Shown: positions 23,110 through 36,384 of the stretch, piece by piece
Layout: every line of letters starts with the position of its first letter
How positions within the stretch are numbered: position 1 is the stretch's first letter
DNA from: Dicyema japonicum
Lineage: Eukaryota > Animalia > Dicyemida
Direction: 5' to 3'
Assembly (NCBI GenBank): GCA_011109175.1
Contig: RDEW01000007.1
Span: 29,424 to 93,423, forward strand
DNA length: 64,000 nt
The notes under the pieces: generated by a model
Told to the model about the DNA's origin: nothing
The model's database searches: none
What the model saw: the letters and a program-made list of their open reading frames with translations, nothing else
Position numbers and translations under genes: made by a program

Positions 23110-26100
23110 TTCCAGTTGTTTTGGTTGTGGACGGTCGTTGTTGTGGTTATGCCTGTTGTGAGATTAGCACCTGAAAAGAATGTTTCCACTTCGAGGAAAA
23201 AGGTACCAGCTAAGTCAACTGAGATGTGTTCGTCCTGTCGGCTTGTCAGAACTCGGAAGCGTGGGATCTCCTGCTCTGCTTGGATTTCTTCAACCTCGGG
23301 TGTATCAAACTATCCCAAGCCGCAGCGAGCGTGCTTGGAGTATGGCACTGCCAGTCATTCCTCGCTCGGCCTATGCAGGGTGGATCCCTGTGCCCGTGCC
23401 AATGTTAACTCTCCCGTTAATTACCCATTAACACGGACCCTGAAACGTTCCTACGTCTCATCTCTGAATTACGTTTTTCACGGACTATCCCTGTGAGGAT
23501 TCCCAAGGCCGTATGACCTGTCGCTGCGGAGACCCTTTCTAAAACGATCGAAGATCCCTTCGGACTATCGCAGTACATGATTGGATGCGCTTATTCAGTT
23601 TTGCGCCTTCCGCACTGGGACTTGATCGAGATGGTCATGGAAAGGAGTCTCTTGTACCACCATGAGGACTAACATTCTTTCTTTTTTGGAAGGTATCCAC
23701 ATCCCCAGTTGTCCTATGGCTTCTAACCGTACGAGGGAGACACGTGGTCAGAACGAGGAAGTCGAAGTGGTCCGTCTCAAGAAAACTGTCCGGTCGAAGT
23801 TAATCGAAGGTGACACCCGCGCAGTCATCAGGGCACATTTCTCAAGTGAACCACGAATACCGACTCCATACGCCTACAATATTTTACTGAACAAGCATCC
23901 ACTGTCACCCCAAAATCTACGCCAAGTCGCTCCCCATCCGGAATGAGTACCCTGATTGCATCAAACGATGAAGTTCGCCTCGCAATACAGAATTTTGCCC
24001 CTAGTAGCAGTGGCAGGCTCAACGGAATGAGACCTGGCTACCTGAAGGATCTAACCTCTTTGTCCGTAGGAGACCAGGGACTTCGTTTCACGAATTCAAT
24101 TACTTCACTTATGAACCGGATCCTGTCTGGAGTTCTTCCCGAAATTATCCTCCATGTCCTGTTCTCCACCGATTTGATAGTCTTCGATAAGAAGGACGGC
24201 TAGGTAGGACCAGTTGCGGTCGGGTTTTTCTTCAGAAGATGGATGCTAAAATTGCCTCCAGACATTCTATTCCACTTGTCACAAAATTCTTGAACCTCCC
24301 TCAAGTAGGCGTCGGTATTCGCTTGGGATGCGAGGCCTCTGTCCATTCTGTGAGGACATCCATAAACCATAGTATAGAAAATTCCCGGGTACATGTCCTG
24401 GTCAAACTGGAAATCAAGAACGCCTTCAATAGTCTAAGGAGGGACAATAGCCTGGAGGCGTGTGTTGAGAGATGCCCTAATATTTTCGAATTTGTGAATC
24501 AGTCATACAGCCTACCTTCATCCTTACTTTTCGGGGACTACCTAATCCACTTGTATTCCGAAGTGCACAGGGAGATCCTTTTGGATTCCTATTGTTTTGT
24601 CTTGCAATAGAGAAAATCACCAAACTTACGTGCTCGCCCCTCAACCTATGGTATCTGAATGATGCGGTCCTCGGAGGACCCCCGGATACTATTTTCCGGG
24701 AATTGGAAGTAATAATTCCAGCACTGTTGGAAGCTGGACTGGAATTAAATTACACTAAATGCGAAATCTACAATTGCGGACTTTCAGAGGAGAAGTATTC
24801 AAAAGCTTTGTCATGTTTCGGAAATTTACTGCCTGGAAGTATTTCCACACCCGATGAAGAATTTATATTCCTCGGATCCCCAATCACCATAAATGCAATG
24901 GGAAAAGCTATACGTGAAAAACGACTGTTACTCTGAGAGACTCTGCACCGCTTGTGTCTATTTGACATGCATAGAGCATTATTTCTCCTGGAAAACAGTC
25001 TCAACGTACAGAGCCTTGCATATGTCCTGAGGACTGCTCCCTATTTCACCCTGTGTGACCAACTCGCACAGATTAACGAGATCTTCCGTACGACGGCGGA
25101 ACGTATCTTCAACGTCAGGTTCGAGAATTACTCATGGAAGCAAGCCACGCTGCCAGTGAGACTTGGAGGACTTGGAATTCAAAACCCTGTGGACCTTTCT
25201 TTCCCTTCATACCTATCATCACTAGTGGCCATGTAACTCTCATGTCAAGAGGACTCTACACTCTCTACCTGAATTCCCCATTGACAAGGATGCCGGCCAT
25301 GTTCGTGAGGCCTGGAGCCGCACTTATCAGCTTTCCCTGCCTTCCTCGTTCTCTCAGCGGGGCTTGGACGGAATTCTTTCAAAAATTTGCTAGTGTCATC
25401 TAGCCAACATCGCCGTGCCTGTTTGTTGTCGGAGGCGTCTTCCAAGAGCGGTGTCTGGCTCAACGCCATTCCCAATGAAATTCTGGGTACCTTCCTGGAT
25501 GATAAATGCATCCGTATTGGGATCTCATTACGACTGAGATTAAAAGCCTGTGTTCCACATCCGTGCTGATGCGGAGACCAGATCGACTGTTTTGGCCTAC
25601 ACCCTCTTTCCTGCAGGAAGAGTGCAGGCAGATTTCCTAGACATATGGCTTTGAACGAAGTCGTTAGGCGAGCTTTAAACGACGCCGGACACTTCTCCAT
25701 GCTCGAACCAGTCGGTCTTTGCAGGCGGGACGGGCAGCGATCAGATGGGATGACAATCTTCCCTTTTAAAGCCGGGAAACCTCTTGTCTGAAACGTTACC
25801 TGCACCGACACGTTTGCCTCTTGCAACATACTCCAGAGTGCCTCTGGAGCCTGTTCTGCCGCTGAGAAGGTTGAGAAGATAAACGGGAAAAGTACGCGGT
25901 CCTACCCAAGGATTTTTTGTTTGTTCCCTTGCGCCTGCGATGCTGAAAAAGTACGCGACTCGTCTAGGGAATCGGATGGCTACACGAACAGGAGACCCTC
26001 GTGTGCGCTGCTGGTTATTTGAGCAAATTTCGCTCACCATCCTGAGAGGAAATAGCCACACAGTCAGGCAGCCGCTATATAACCGTTTACTCTTTTTTCT

Positions 26101-26115
26101 TTCCTTAATAAAAAC
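23110..26115 (+). mobile_element. Near full-length degenerate CRE-clade retrotransposon (zinc finger, RT, RLE)
   Basis: Fragments [84 protein letters not shown]; many frameshifts. Confidence 0.88.
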
Positions 26116-26197
26116 TTTATTTTTCAGAAAATAGTACAAAGCAAGTATTATTGAAGGAAATATAAACGTTTTTATTTCTTTTTTTTGTTTTCAAATT

Positions 26198-26305
26198 AAA
26201 GTTTTATTGAAGAAAGAAAATAGAGTAACGGTTATATAGAGGCTGCGCTGACTGCGTGGCTATTCCCTCTCAGGATAGCGAGCAAGATTCGCTCAAATAA
26301 TCTCT
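26198..26305 (-). mobile_element. CRE 3' end lying tail-to-tail with the preceding copy
   Basis: Reverse complement of 26015-26115. Confidence 0.85.
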
Positions 26306-26539
26306 TGTTTTGTTAAATAAAATCTAATATTGAAAAAAATTGTTATTAAAATACAAAAAATGTATATAAATCGATCGCCAAAAAATCGCTATATAAAAAG
26401 TAGCGCCCCTGCAATTTAGTTCATTCAGTTTTGTGGTGAATGATGCAATGATATGTGAAAAAAATCGGGAAATGAACGTCTTTCCGAAAAAATCCAAGAA
26501 ATCCACTTTGATTTCCAATCATTACAGGCGCGCACCATC

Positions 26540-27050
26540 TGTTGTCATGGATACAAGTTTCTTCATTAACGGTAATAAATCAAATAATAACAAAAACTAG
26601 TTGAAAGAATGATAGATATTCTCGCCAGTTGTTCTTTCATTCATAGGCATAATAGCAAATAATTCTTCCTTGACAGTTAAATCATGGAAAATTAAACGGG
26701 AAAATACACATAGTTGGCGACATCAATCGCATCATTTGATTCGTCGAATTGAAGAGAAAAACATGAACATGTGTGCTAATCCTTTTTTAGCTGTGAAGAA
26801 AGATTGTCGGAAATGATTACAGCCCTTCTGACAATGGACTGTTTTGAGAGTTGAATGCTTTTAGTGCAATTTGTAATCTCCTGTTTATTTTCCACATCAT
26901 CGAATAATGAATCAGCAGCTTCAAAAAAACATGATTTTGAAAGGTTTTTTGTGTTTTGGAAGGACCGACGGAGATTTCCTGTGGATCGTAAAAATATAGT
27001 CTTCCCATTTATTATTATTGTAAGCAACATGCGTAAAATCATAATAGTTG
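26540..27050 (-). mobile_element. hAT (GTF2IRD2/SPIN-like) transposase fragment
   Basis: IQLSKQSIVRR..QLKKD, FDESNDAID, VKEELFAIMPM. Confidence 0.7.
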
Positions 27051-27204
27051 TAATTTCACTTGTGCAGCATTAAAAAACAATCCTCCGAACCGACTTCTTC
27101 CAATCTTCTCGATCGTAAGAGAGTTTCCTCAGTTCGTCCAGGTAGTCTCCACTTCTTAGACTTTTGTTCACAAGTATTAGATTCTTGATCTTCTTCCCAT
27201 TTGA

Positions 27205-27430
27205 TATTTATTAATTAACCCCGGATACACTGAGAATGAAGTTAAAGTAAATAACTAATTAAGTGTATCCAGTTTCCACTTCTACAGAGTCAGAGTTCAT
27301 CAGGAATCAGCATAAAGGGTTAAGACGTCCATTACATGCAGTTGTGGAAACCCCTCCAGTGGAGTGGGAAGAGCAAATGATCCTTTTTCGCCTGCCTGAC
27401 ACTGGGCGCCACCTAGACAGGTGGATCACA
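27205..27430 (-). repeat. 5'-truncated LINE 3' end; copy at 39845-40080, diverged relative at 30595-30780
   Basis: About 220 nt of shared sequence ending (minus strand) GTGTATCCGGGGTTAAT, like the 3' end of the 13468 LINE. Confidence 0.8.
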
Positions 27431-28219
27431 TGACGCAAATGTCTGATTTAAAGTATTTAAAAAAATTATGTGTTGAATGTTCTTGATGATCTGAGGGCGG
27501 ATGTGAGTAACAGGGGAGGACGGAAACGACTCACAGCGCGTGTCCAGAGATGCATGGCAAAAGTGGAATCTCAAATTAGTTAACTTTTCTGGTTCCGCGG
27601 ACATAGCTATTAATAATAATGTTCTTCAAAATTATTGATCTTATTTTTTTAAATTGGCCAAAAATTCTAAGGAACCAAAAATGGCCAATTTGCGAGTGTC
27701 GAGTGTACTTGGTGGATCCGAAATTTCCTGCATTTGTTTAAAACACGTGGCTTCGGATAAGTCCGTCATCTATGAAAGAAAGGGACTTTTATCCACCATA
27801 AAGTTAAGTAGACATTTTGTGCAATAGTTATACGGCACCACCTCAACCCTTTCATCAATTAGCCACTACACCATCCTTTGTGCCCTCGAAGGCGGACATT
27901 TTTTTACGCAATTTTGCTTAAAGCATAAACGCTAAAATAGGAATCTCACAGAATATATCCACTGACACCAAGTTACTTCCTCTCCTTGATGGCAGAAAGG
28001 AGAAGGAAGAGCAGAGAAAACGCATTTCCAAATAAATCCTTAGAGGAATGTCCACCCAGTTACAAGAGCTTGGCTACATGTCTTTTGCGTCTCTTATCCA
28101 CAAATAAGCATATTTGTTATTAAACAAATAATTTAAGATACTTCCACTACATCTTGGATAAAATCAACAAATATGCCAAATTAGGCATTTATTGTCGTTT
28201 AAAATGATGCCTACCGTTA

Positions 28220-28672
28220 ATGATCATAATGAATTGGGGGGCCGTGAATAGTATTACCAGTTTGGTAATGACAATCAGTATAATATATAATTATTCCCTA
28301 GTACTGCTAATTCTGGGGAATATCCCCAACATGATGAACTTACGTAAGACGGAAGACCAAATGAAATACACCCGCCATAGCCAAATAATGAATAATCCAT
28401 GCAAGAAGGCATTATTGGAGACTGATCAGAGGGTTCTTGAACTGATCTACGATGGGATCACTCAACATGAATGGATTAAATACTCATCAGCATTCTCTAC
28501 TAAGCCATTCTTCGTATCCATAACAGGGGATGACATTGGAATGGATGGAGAGGGAGTCTATATTTTGGTCCAAGATATCAAATTGTCCAATGCACGTGTA
28601 ATCCTCAACAACTACTACAGTTTTATCAACCACGAATTTTCATCAATTGCTAAACTTAGCTGCCTCACATAA
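28220..28672 (+). CDS. Uncharacterised 150-aa ORF
   Basis: ORF length only; no motif recognised. Confidence 0.2.
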   Translation: MIIMNWGAVNSITSLVMTISIIYNYSLVLLILGNIPNMMNLRKTEDQMKYTRHSQIMNNPCKKALLETDQRVLELIYDGITQHEWIKYSSAFSTKPFFVSITGDDIGMDGEGVYILVQDIKLSNARVILNNYYSFINHEFSSIAKLSCLT

Positions 28673-30959
28673 GCGTTTGTTGGTATAATTTAAATTTTTA
28701 CTTAATAAAATATGTTTCAATCAAATTGAGAATTAATTAATTTAATAGCTCCACCAGCAAAAAAGCACCAAGAAATTATAAATTATTCTCTTTAAAAAGA
28801 GTATAAATTATCCTCTAAACGCACGCTTATATTAGATTCGACGAGGTTCGACGGCAGCGATCACATAAATATTGTAAAAAATTCAAATACGACTGCGGAA
28901 GTACAAGAAAAATTCTACATGGAAGCATGTTAAAAAAATTAATAAACTGTAAAAAATGCAATTTCAAGATGAATTATATCCTGAATAAATGAAGTGAACA
29001 AACTAACGGATAATGCACGATACACTTTCTTCAGCAGACAAACAAGGCAAGGAATGGGAAAATAGAAGAGTCCTGAATAACAAGCCAAGTCAATTGCGAC
29101 TCATCATTGATGTTAATGGTTTTCCCGACCATTAATGTCACTTTCTAATTATTATATGCCCATAGTGTCCACTTTGAGTGTATTTTGATGGTACTTATAG
29201 AACTTGAGTGCTTTGATGTACCATGTTTACTTCAACATTGTGAATTAATATCAATTAGGGAGAAACGGATCGCATTTATGCAGCTTCCCCGCTTCAATAA
29301 GGGTTATCTCGTTCATTGTTAAACCAAATCAAAAATATCTGCTTGTCGTGTTTTAGAATATCCCTTACGTACCTACTCTTTTCTCCACATTACTATAGGA
29401 TACAATCGACTGGACTATTCCTTCAGTCCCTTAGATTCCAAACTGACGACAAAGATGCAGGTAAATACAACTTCATTATGTCGCCACATATAATCACCAT
29501 TGAGCATCCTGATACTCCTTGTAGCCTAATGACCTACGCTCTTTTTAGCCGAACCGCAATGACTGCAATTTTGAGTTTACCTCTTCAAAGAAAAGATGTC
29601 GATCATGCACCGAGCATACATTGCTTCGCAACCATTTACTCACCAATATGGACATTTACATCTCTAGAAATGGCAGTTATCAGTACGCTCACACGATTTT
29701 GTAAAAGACTTTAATTATAATAAATCGGTTGTTATTGATTCAGTACAACTACAATCAAAATGAGACTAGAAACCCTTTTATAGCGATTATTATTTATTGT
29801 CAAGAATCACTGCGTTTAAAGAAGTCCTCGGCTAACTAACTGATCGTTCCATTTTGACTTGCAACCTTATCGATAAATAAATGTCAGAGGTAGAAAAGGA
29901 ACTCTAGTCCTTTATGGGGATTAATACAAAACTAGTGGATAAGCTGAAAAAAGAAACGAGACATGGCTTCGGCATTAGATAAATAGACCATAGCTGAACT
30001 CTCTTCCTTTTCTTTCTGATGGAAATGTCTCTGCACTTCATCTCGTGTTTTCAGAGGCTAGGATATTATTATAGTGTTTCCCGACCATTAGCGTCACTTT
30101 CTAATCATTTTATAGGAGCCATCCGAATCAGAAATTAAATCAATGACAAAATTTTCTACAATCCTTTAAAAATCTGAAGAGGGAATTGATAATCCGATAT
30201 CTTTGATGATGCCTGTATCCATCATTTTACTGACAATCTCCATTACCACTTAATCGGGGAATCCAAGTGAGTAAAGATAACATAAAATGCTTAATTATTA
30301 AGATTGTTTGATAATTATAATTAACTACATTATTCCTCCTCATTACAGACTTTACCATTCGATCCACGCTTCCTCGTTCCTAAAAGTCGCATTATAGGGG
30401 CAACTGAAGGTCGCGTTCATCTTGAGGAGATTTAGATATTCGTGCGATAGTCGTATGTCACCACCTAAACAGACTGAACACCAACATTGTGAGAATGTTA
30501 AATTTACTTAATTTCCTTTATTATGCTTACATGCCACATTTTTAATTTATGGAGAAGAAATATCCTTAAGCCATCTGAGAAGATACACTGATTATTTAAT
30601 ACCCCGGACATACCGGAAGGAGGTTAGTTAATGTGTAATTTAGGTAAATCCAGATCCCACGGTCGGAAAAAAATGAATGCTAGTCAAGCATCCATATCTG
30701 GTAAACTGGAAACCCCATCAGTGGTGCAGGGAAGTGAAAGATGCATTGAGCGGCTCCTTTGGGTGGATCTACTTACGCTTCTTAAGATTTGAAAGAGCCA
30801 GTTTAGATCGGGTAGGTAGCAGCGTAGGAATCACCAATCGATTGATAACAAATATTTAAGTTTGTGAAATCACTAATATGTTATAAAAACTTGCATCCAA
30901 AGAATCAAATCATTAAATAAATATCAAACAATTAAATTCCTGAGGGGCTAGAACTACTC

Positions 30960-32900
30960 AGACATAAACATCCATGTGCTCCGGAAGATTACCGCCCATT
31001 CGTGCTTCCGGGAAATTTGTCAAGGATGACCGTCACCGAAGGCGAAGTGCGACGCGGCATTTCGTCCTTTGCGGCGAGTAGCGGCCGGGTCACATCAAGG
31101 ATCTTACGGCGGAGGCTACTGCAGATGCTGGCTGCAACCTTGTCAAATCAATTACAAAACTGGTTATGCGTATTTTGAACGGAGATATTCCTCCCCACGC
31201 AAGGGAGCTCCTTTTCAGTGCACATTTATTGGCCTTCAAAAAACCTGAAGGTGGGGTCCGTCACATCGCAGTCGGCAACTATTTCAGAAGACTGACAGCG
31301 AAAATCGCATGCAGTATTGTCTGTCCGAGAATATCTGAAGAATTATCCCCCCTCCAACTGGGGGTTGGTGTAAGGAACGGATGCGAGGCGGCAGTGCATG
31401 CTGCGAGGTGTTTTTTTGGACAGAAAGACGAACAAAACCCACACATTGGGGTCAAGCTGGACATCTGCAATGCCTTCAATTCATTGAGGAGGGATCAAAT
31501 TTTCGAAACTACAAGCAAACGAGCCCCGGAACTTATTCCACTTGTCTACCTCGCTTACGGAACCAAATCTTCACTAGTTTTCGGGGACAAGATTATCTGT
31601 TCGGAGACCGGAGTCCAACAAGGGGACCCATTTGGTCCACTTCTCTTCGATCTGGTAATTGATGAAATTGTCCGCTCTATCAACACACAACAAAACCTCT
31701 GGTATCTTGATGACGTCACGATTAGAGGGCCGTGGAGAAAAGTACACGACGTTCTATCACATGCCGTGCCGGCACTACGAAACCTCGGACTTGAGATAAA
31801 CATAAAGAAATCGGAGCTAATAAATATCACATACTCGGAGAGTGATTTTATCAACGTGGTCGAGTCTTTCAACTCGGTACTACCTGGAATTACTGTCGTA
31901 CCCAGGGAGCGGACATACTTTCTTGGGTGCCCACTTGACGAAAAGGAACTGCGGAGCCATCTACAAACAAAAGAGGATGAACTCTCCAGAGTCACGGAGA
32001 AACTCTCCTTACTCGATGGTCATACAGCGTTCTTCCTTTTGAAGAATAGCATCGGCTTGCCCAAACTCCTATATGCTCTCCGATGTTCTCCCTGCTTCAA
32101 ACATCGTGACATCCTCCTGTCACTGGATAGGACATTGAGAAAATCAGATGACATTTACTCCAAGAATATCTTCGACGTGCTAAAGTCTGAGGCCAACCAG
32201 CATCGTCTTACATGCCTCGTGTCCGCCGCCAACCATGGGAGCGGAGCGTGTCTGGATGCACTCCCGTGTTCCTCCCTGGGGACCCTATTAGACGATAACT
32301 GTATTCGGATCGGGATCGCACAACGCCTGGGAGCTGATGTTTGCGTCGAACACCAATGTCGCTGTGGAGGGATCGTCGATGCCAAAGGGCTGCACCCGCT
32401 CTCGTGCAAAAAGAGCGCGGGCAGAGCACCCCGCCATGCTGCTATGAACAACATTGTCTTGCGAGCTCTTGAAGCGGCAGGCTTCCCGGCAGTACTGGAG
32501 CCTGTGGGATTGGACCGCGGAGATGGGAAAAGACCGGATGGGTTAACTATCTTTCCGTTCACTGTGGGAAAATCGCTCGTATGGGACTGCACTGTTGTGG
32601 ATTCTTTCTCGAACTCGATGATGCTCAGCTCGGCGCAGTCTGCGGATGCCAAGAAAATCAAGATTAAAAAATATGGCGAAATTGGAGACCGCTACCGTTT
32701 TGTACCGGATAGCAATCGAGACGTCTGGGGCGGCGAAGTATTACAGCCTCTTTCCTAAGGGTAAATCGGGGGAAAATTGGCCCACCGCAAGAAAGACGTG
32801 CGGGAAGCGGTCCGGCTGAGGCAAAGAATTGGTATCGCAGTTGTTCGCGGAAACGCTTACTCCGTGATGTCAGCAGCCGCTCTCCCCCATAGTTAATAAA
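30960..32900 (+). mobile_element. CRE-clade retrotransposon, best-preserved copy (RT + CCHC + PD-(D/E)xK RLE), with an internal deletion
   Basis: 530-aa ORF: KKPEGGVRHIAVG, QLGVGV..GCEA, GVQQGDP, WYLDD, CRCG..HPLSC, RHAAMN, KRPDG, LVWDCTV. Confidence 0.93.
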
Positions 32901-35127
32901 TAATAGTTTATTGTTAATAAATTTTTGAAATAAAAAAATTAAATTTTTATTATAATTATGGAATGAACTGGCACGAAGTAGAGGGTCCTGGAAAAGGCTG
33001 ATAGAGAGGATGGCTAGAAATACGGCACAAGGGAGGCTTGATTAATTTTATGACTTCTCAGGAGTGCTTTAAATAATAATAAATAATTATGGAATTAAAA
33101 ACATGTATCCGATGAAAACTCATTATAAATAAATATGAAAGGAGCTCCGAAAACTCAAAAAAATAAGTTAAAATTCATGTGGTGACTTGATATTTCATAT
33201 TATCTTGGTATTTAATTTTATAAATGCACAATTTCATCATATTAAACTTTTCATTCGTCTTTTTGACAAACAGAAAAATTGTCACTACAAATTAATATTT
33301 AAGCGGTTACAGTATTAAGAAATTAGTTAATTTTCGTGCACGGACGTATACTCTGATTCTCCAATACATTTATTAACTGTTTACAACATAAATGTGATAT
33401 GAATTTTCAATCATGGGAATGTATTGTATTAAATATTAATAGTTGCTGTTCGAATGATGATGGCATAAACACCCTTACTTTTCCATCAACCAGTTAACAT
33501 ATTTGTAAATGAAGAGATTTTATACACTGCAATTCCCTCAAATTCATAGCGATCGACTTTGCGGAAAATTTATTGCGGCAATTTCAGATGATGACCTCTA
33601 CTGAATGAGTAAATAATGAAATGGAAGACAATGTGAGATGGAGTCACAGAAATGTAATTTCGTTACAATAATAATATAATCGGACAAAATTAACAACTCC
33701 AAGGTGGATTAACGACTCTGCTGCAGTAACGAGTGTCTCCACATTAACGAGTGTCTCCTTACTGGTTAAAGTGGTGACGTGCTTCTGTTTTTTCTTCTCT
33801 AGAAAAAATTCATGTCTTTATCATGTCTAAATGCAAAATCCATGCAGTAACGAGTGTCTCCACATTAAATAATTTCTTGTTTAATTATCACATTTGCTTG
33901 GTTTTTTAGGAATGACGATTCGTGGAAGGTAAATGGGTCAATACGCAGGCAAACTGAAAAGAAAACCAAAATTTTCAAAAACTAATAAACAAAATATGTT
34001 TGAATGAGCAATAAAAGATGATTTCTATAAAACAAGGGTGGCTCTGTTTGTAAACACTCAATATTTATATTCCTTATGAATTTGCACGCACAAGTACATT
34101 CAAATTACTCTCAGATAAAAAGACGATGAAGGTATCAATGTCACAAAAATATACTTTAGCATAAATAATAATATAATGAATAATATCCAAAATGATTAAA
34201 ATACAAAATTCAAGTTAACATAATTATTCAACAAATCTCCATCCTGAGAAGGAATAACATGGTGGATACAGTACGACCCTTGTGACTCTGTGTTTCTTCA
34301 ATCAAATAAAAATACAATTTCTTCATAGTTATAAGTAGCATGATGAAATGATAAATCAAAGATTTATTTGATAAAAGTTTGATAAATCTTGCACTTTCAA
34401 TTATGAAGAAATATTAATGTAAGCAATTATAGAAAAATTATAGACACAACACAGCACCACAAGAAAATTGATACGTCCGTGTGTCATAAACTTAATTAAT
34501 AATGGTTAACCATATTAAATATAAATTTAAATTAATATAATTAAAAAATATATAATTAAATATATTGAGGATTCTGTTCTCGATACGGGATGACATTGAA
34601 TTGAATGAACTGTCCAGTTAATGGTAGGTCATAATTTATAACAGATCCTTTTCTGCATGGACATTAAGATTGCTGATGAGTGTGAAATAATCTGCATATA
34701 CTCTAATTAGATCGGTAATCAACTCTAGGAGAATATATTGTTGTTGTCTAGTCAAATGAAAGTGAAATGAGGACAATTGTGAAGGCACTTCATGAATAAC
34801 CCCATAGAGGAAAGAACAAGACCCAGAACTTATTCTGTCAAGTCTATTTCCTTATCAAGGGCTCCATTCTTGAAGAATTGACTGTCAATTGTTCGACATT
34901 GTTCCCTTCAATTTTGAGATAACACCAATTAGGCGACGACTAATACTATCGACGGATGAATAGACGAATGGTTGTACATTGTAGTAAGTACAATTATGCA
35001 ATTGAAGATCATGTTAAATTTTTGGTGTATTTAATTAAGGTACGAATCGCGAAAGATCATGGAACAACCCAGCATTGATGCTTGAAAAGTTTGAATCCAA
35101 ATATTCTGATACTTGCGAAATATCTTA

Positions 35128-35340
35128 TCTAATTCACGTGTAGAGGTATTTTTCGAATGTATTTATAGGTTGAATTTTTTGATGGAAGAAGAAGATCGGT
35201 CTTAATGTCAAGACTTAAAAAATAATTGTTTTTTATTATATTAAATAAATTCTTTGTTAAATCTAGCAATTGCTAGCTTGTTACCATGGAAACACGTAAA
35301 AAAACAGGTTACCCGTAGGCATCAAGCCACCCATGTGATG
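35128..35340. repeat. About 200-bp dispersed non-coding repeat; copy at 41097-41295
   Basis: Shared TCTAATTCACGTGT.GAGGTATTTT..AAGATC.GTCTTAATGTCAAG..GTTACCATGGAAACACGTAAAAA. Confidence 0.8.
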
Positions 35341-35494
35341 TAATAAATCGATAATGCATGCTCTGCAATTCAAAGACGGGTTCTAAATTTAGAATGATTG
35401 GCTGTTTTGTTCCACAGCGGTTCCCAACGGAGTCCCCAGAAATTTTTTAATTAAAAATCAATAAAATTTTATTTTGTTAAATCAAATGATATAT

Positions 35495-36030
35495 CAAAAG
35501 CCTTCAACTCGCTGAGGAGAGACTGTATTTTGGAAACCTGTTAGAAGAGAGCTCCAGAGATTGGCCGACTTGACACTTCTCGTATGGGACGGACTCAGCC
35601 TTAGTTTACGGAAGCGATATCGTTTATTCACGCACATGCTTTCAGCAGGGAGACCCTCTAGGGCCTTTGCTTTTTGCAATGACAATTGACACAGTCGCAC
35701 GAAACATAAACAGCGAACTCAACCTGTGGTACTTGGACGACGCCACAATAGCTGGCCCATGGAAGAATGTATATCAGGATATTTTTTCGACGAACTGGAA
35801 AACTGCCTTACCAGTTAGGATAATTAAGTTGAAGCCTTCACATAGAGAGTATCATCTTTGGATCCACATGTGTCTTCTTGCTCAAAAAATATATTTCCAT
35901 GTCGAAGATGATGTACATTTTAGATGTTCACCATGTTATGAACACCGGAGAGCACTATTGTCGGCTGATGGGACTCTGAGACGATCGGCGGAGTCAATAC
36001 TGAATGTCAAATTCGATGATCTGGGCTGGA
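35495..36030 (+). mobile_element. CRE RT fragment
   Basis: KAFNSLRR, QQGDPLGPLLF, NLWYLDDATIAGP, RRSAESILNVKF. Confidence 0.8.
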
Positions 36031-36384
36031 CAATGTGCAAAAAATGTTCCACTTACCCATAGGACCCGTTAAAATCAATTTTTCTAAGATTTAAAAAAGA
36101 TGACTTTTTTACCTAACGTTTCGCTAAAATCTCGTGATGTTTATTGATGAACTTATCCAAAACCTGAAAAAATTAATTGGAGGCCATTTTGAATGGACAC
36201 GAAGAGATGACATCTTTTACATCATCCACTTTATCTACTTATGTCGGTAGAGAGAGGTGGTTTGCTCAGATTTCACCGAACCGAAAACCAAAAAACTTTA
36301 TACAAAAACGGATTAGGAGACATGTATAGGGGTTTTAGCCCGCCTTTGCGGCCTAGACACTTCTGACGTCCCCCATTTCAATAA

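Larger units (their letters stand above)
22154..27705 (+). mobile_element. pogo/Tigger-like element (TA TSD, TIRs) carrying nested insertions
   Basis: ACTCGCAAATTGGCCA (22162-22177) and its exact reverse complement (27682-27697), extending imperfectly to TA|CAC..GTG|TA; CENP-B-type HTH remnant RKPKFLKLEEKLVGW at about 22730-22790. Confidence 0.65.

Noticed and set aside
27750-28150. Choline-transporter-like fragment (CVKKCP, DLFGN) on the minus strand
   Set aside because: Only two short motifs, with no coherent spliced frame found.
33300-35100. MULE transposase remnant and short GCAGTAACGAGTGTCTCC repeats
   Set aside because: The similarity is too fragmentary to support a call.
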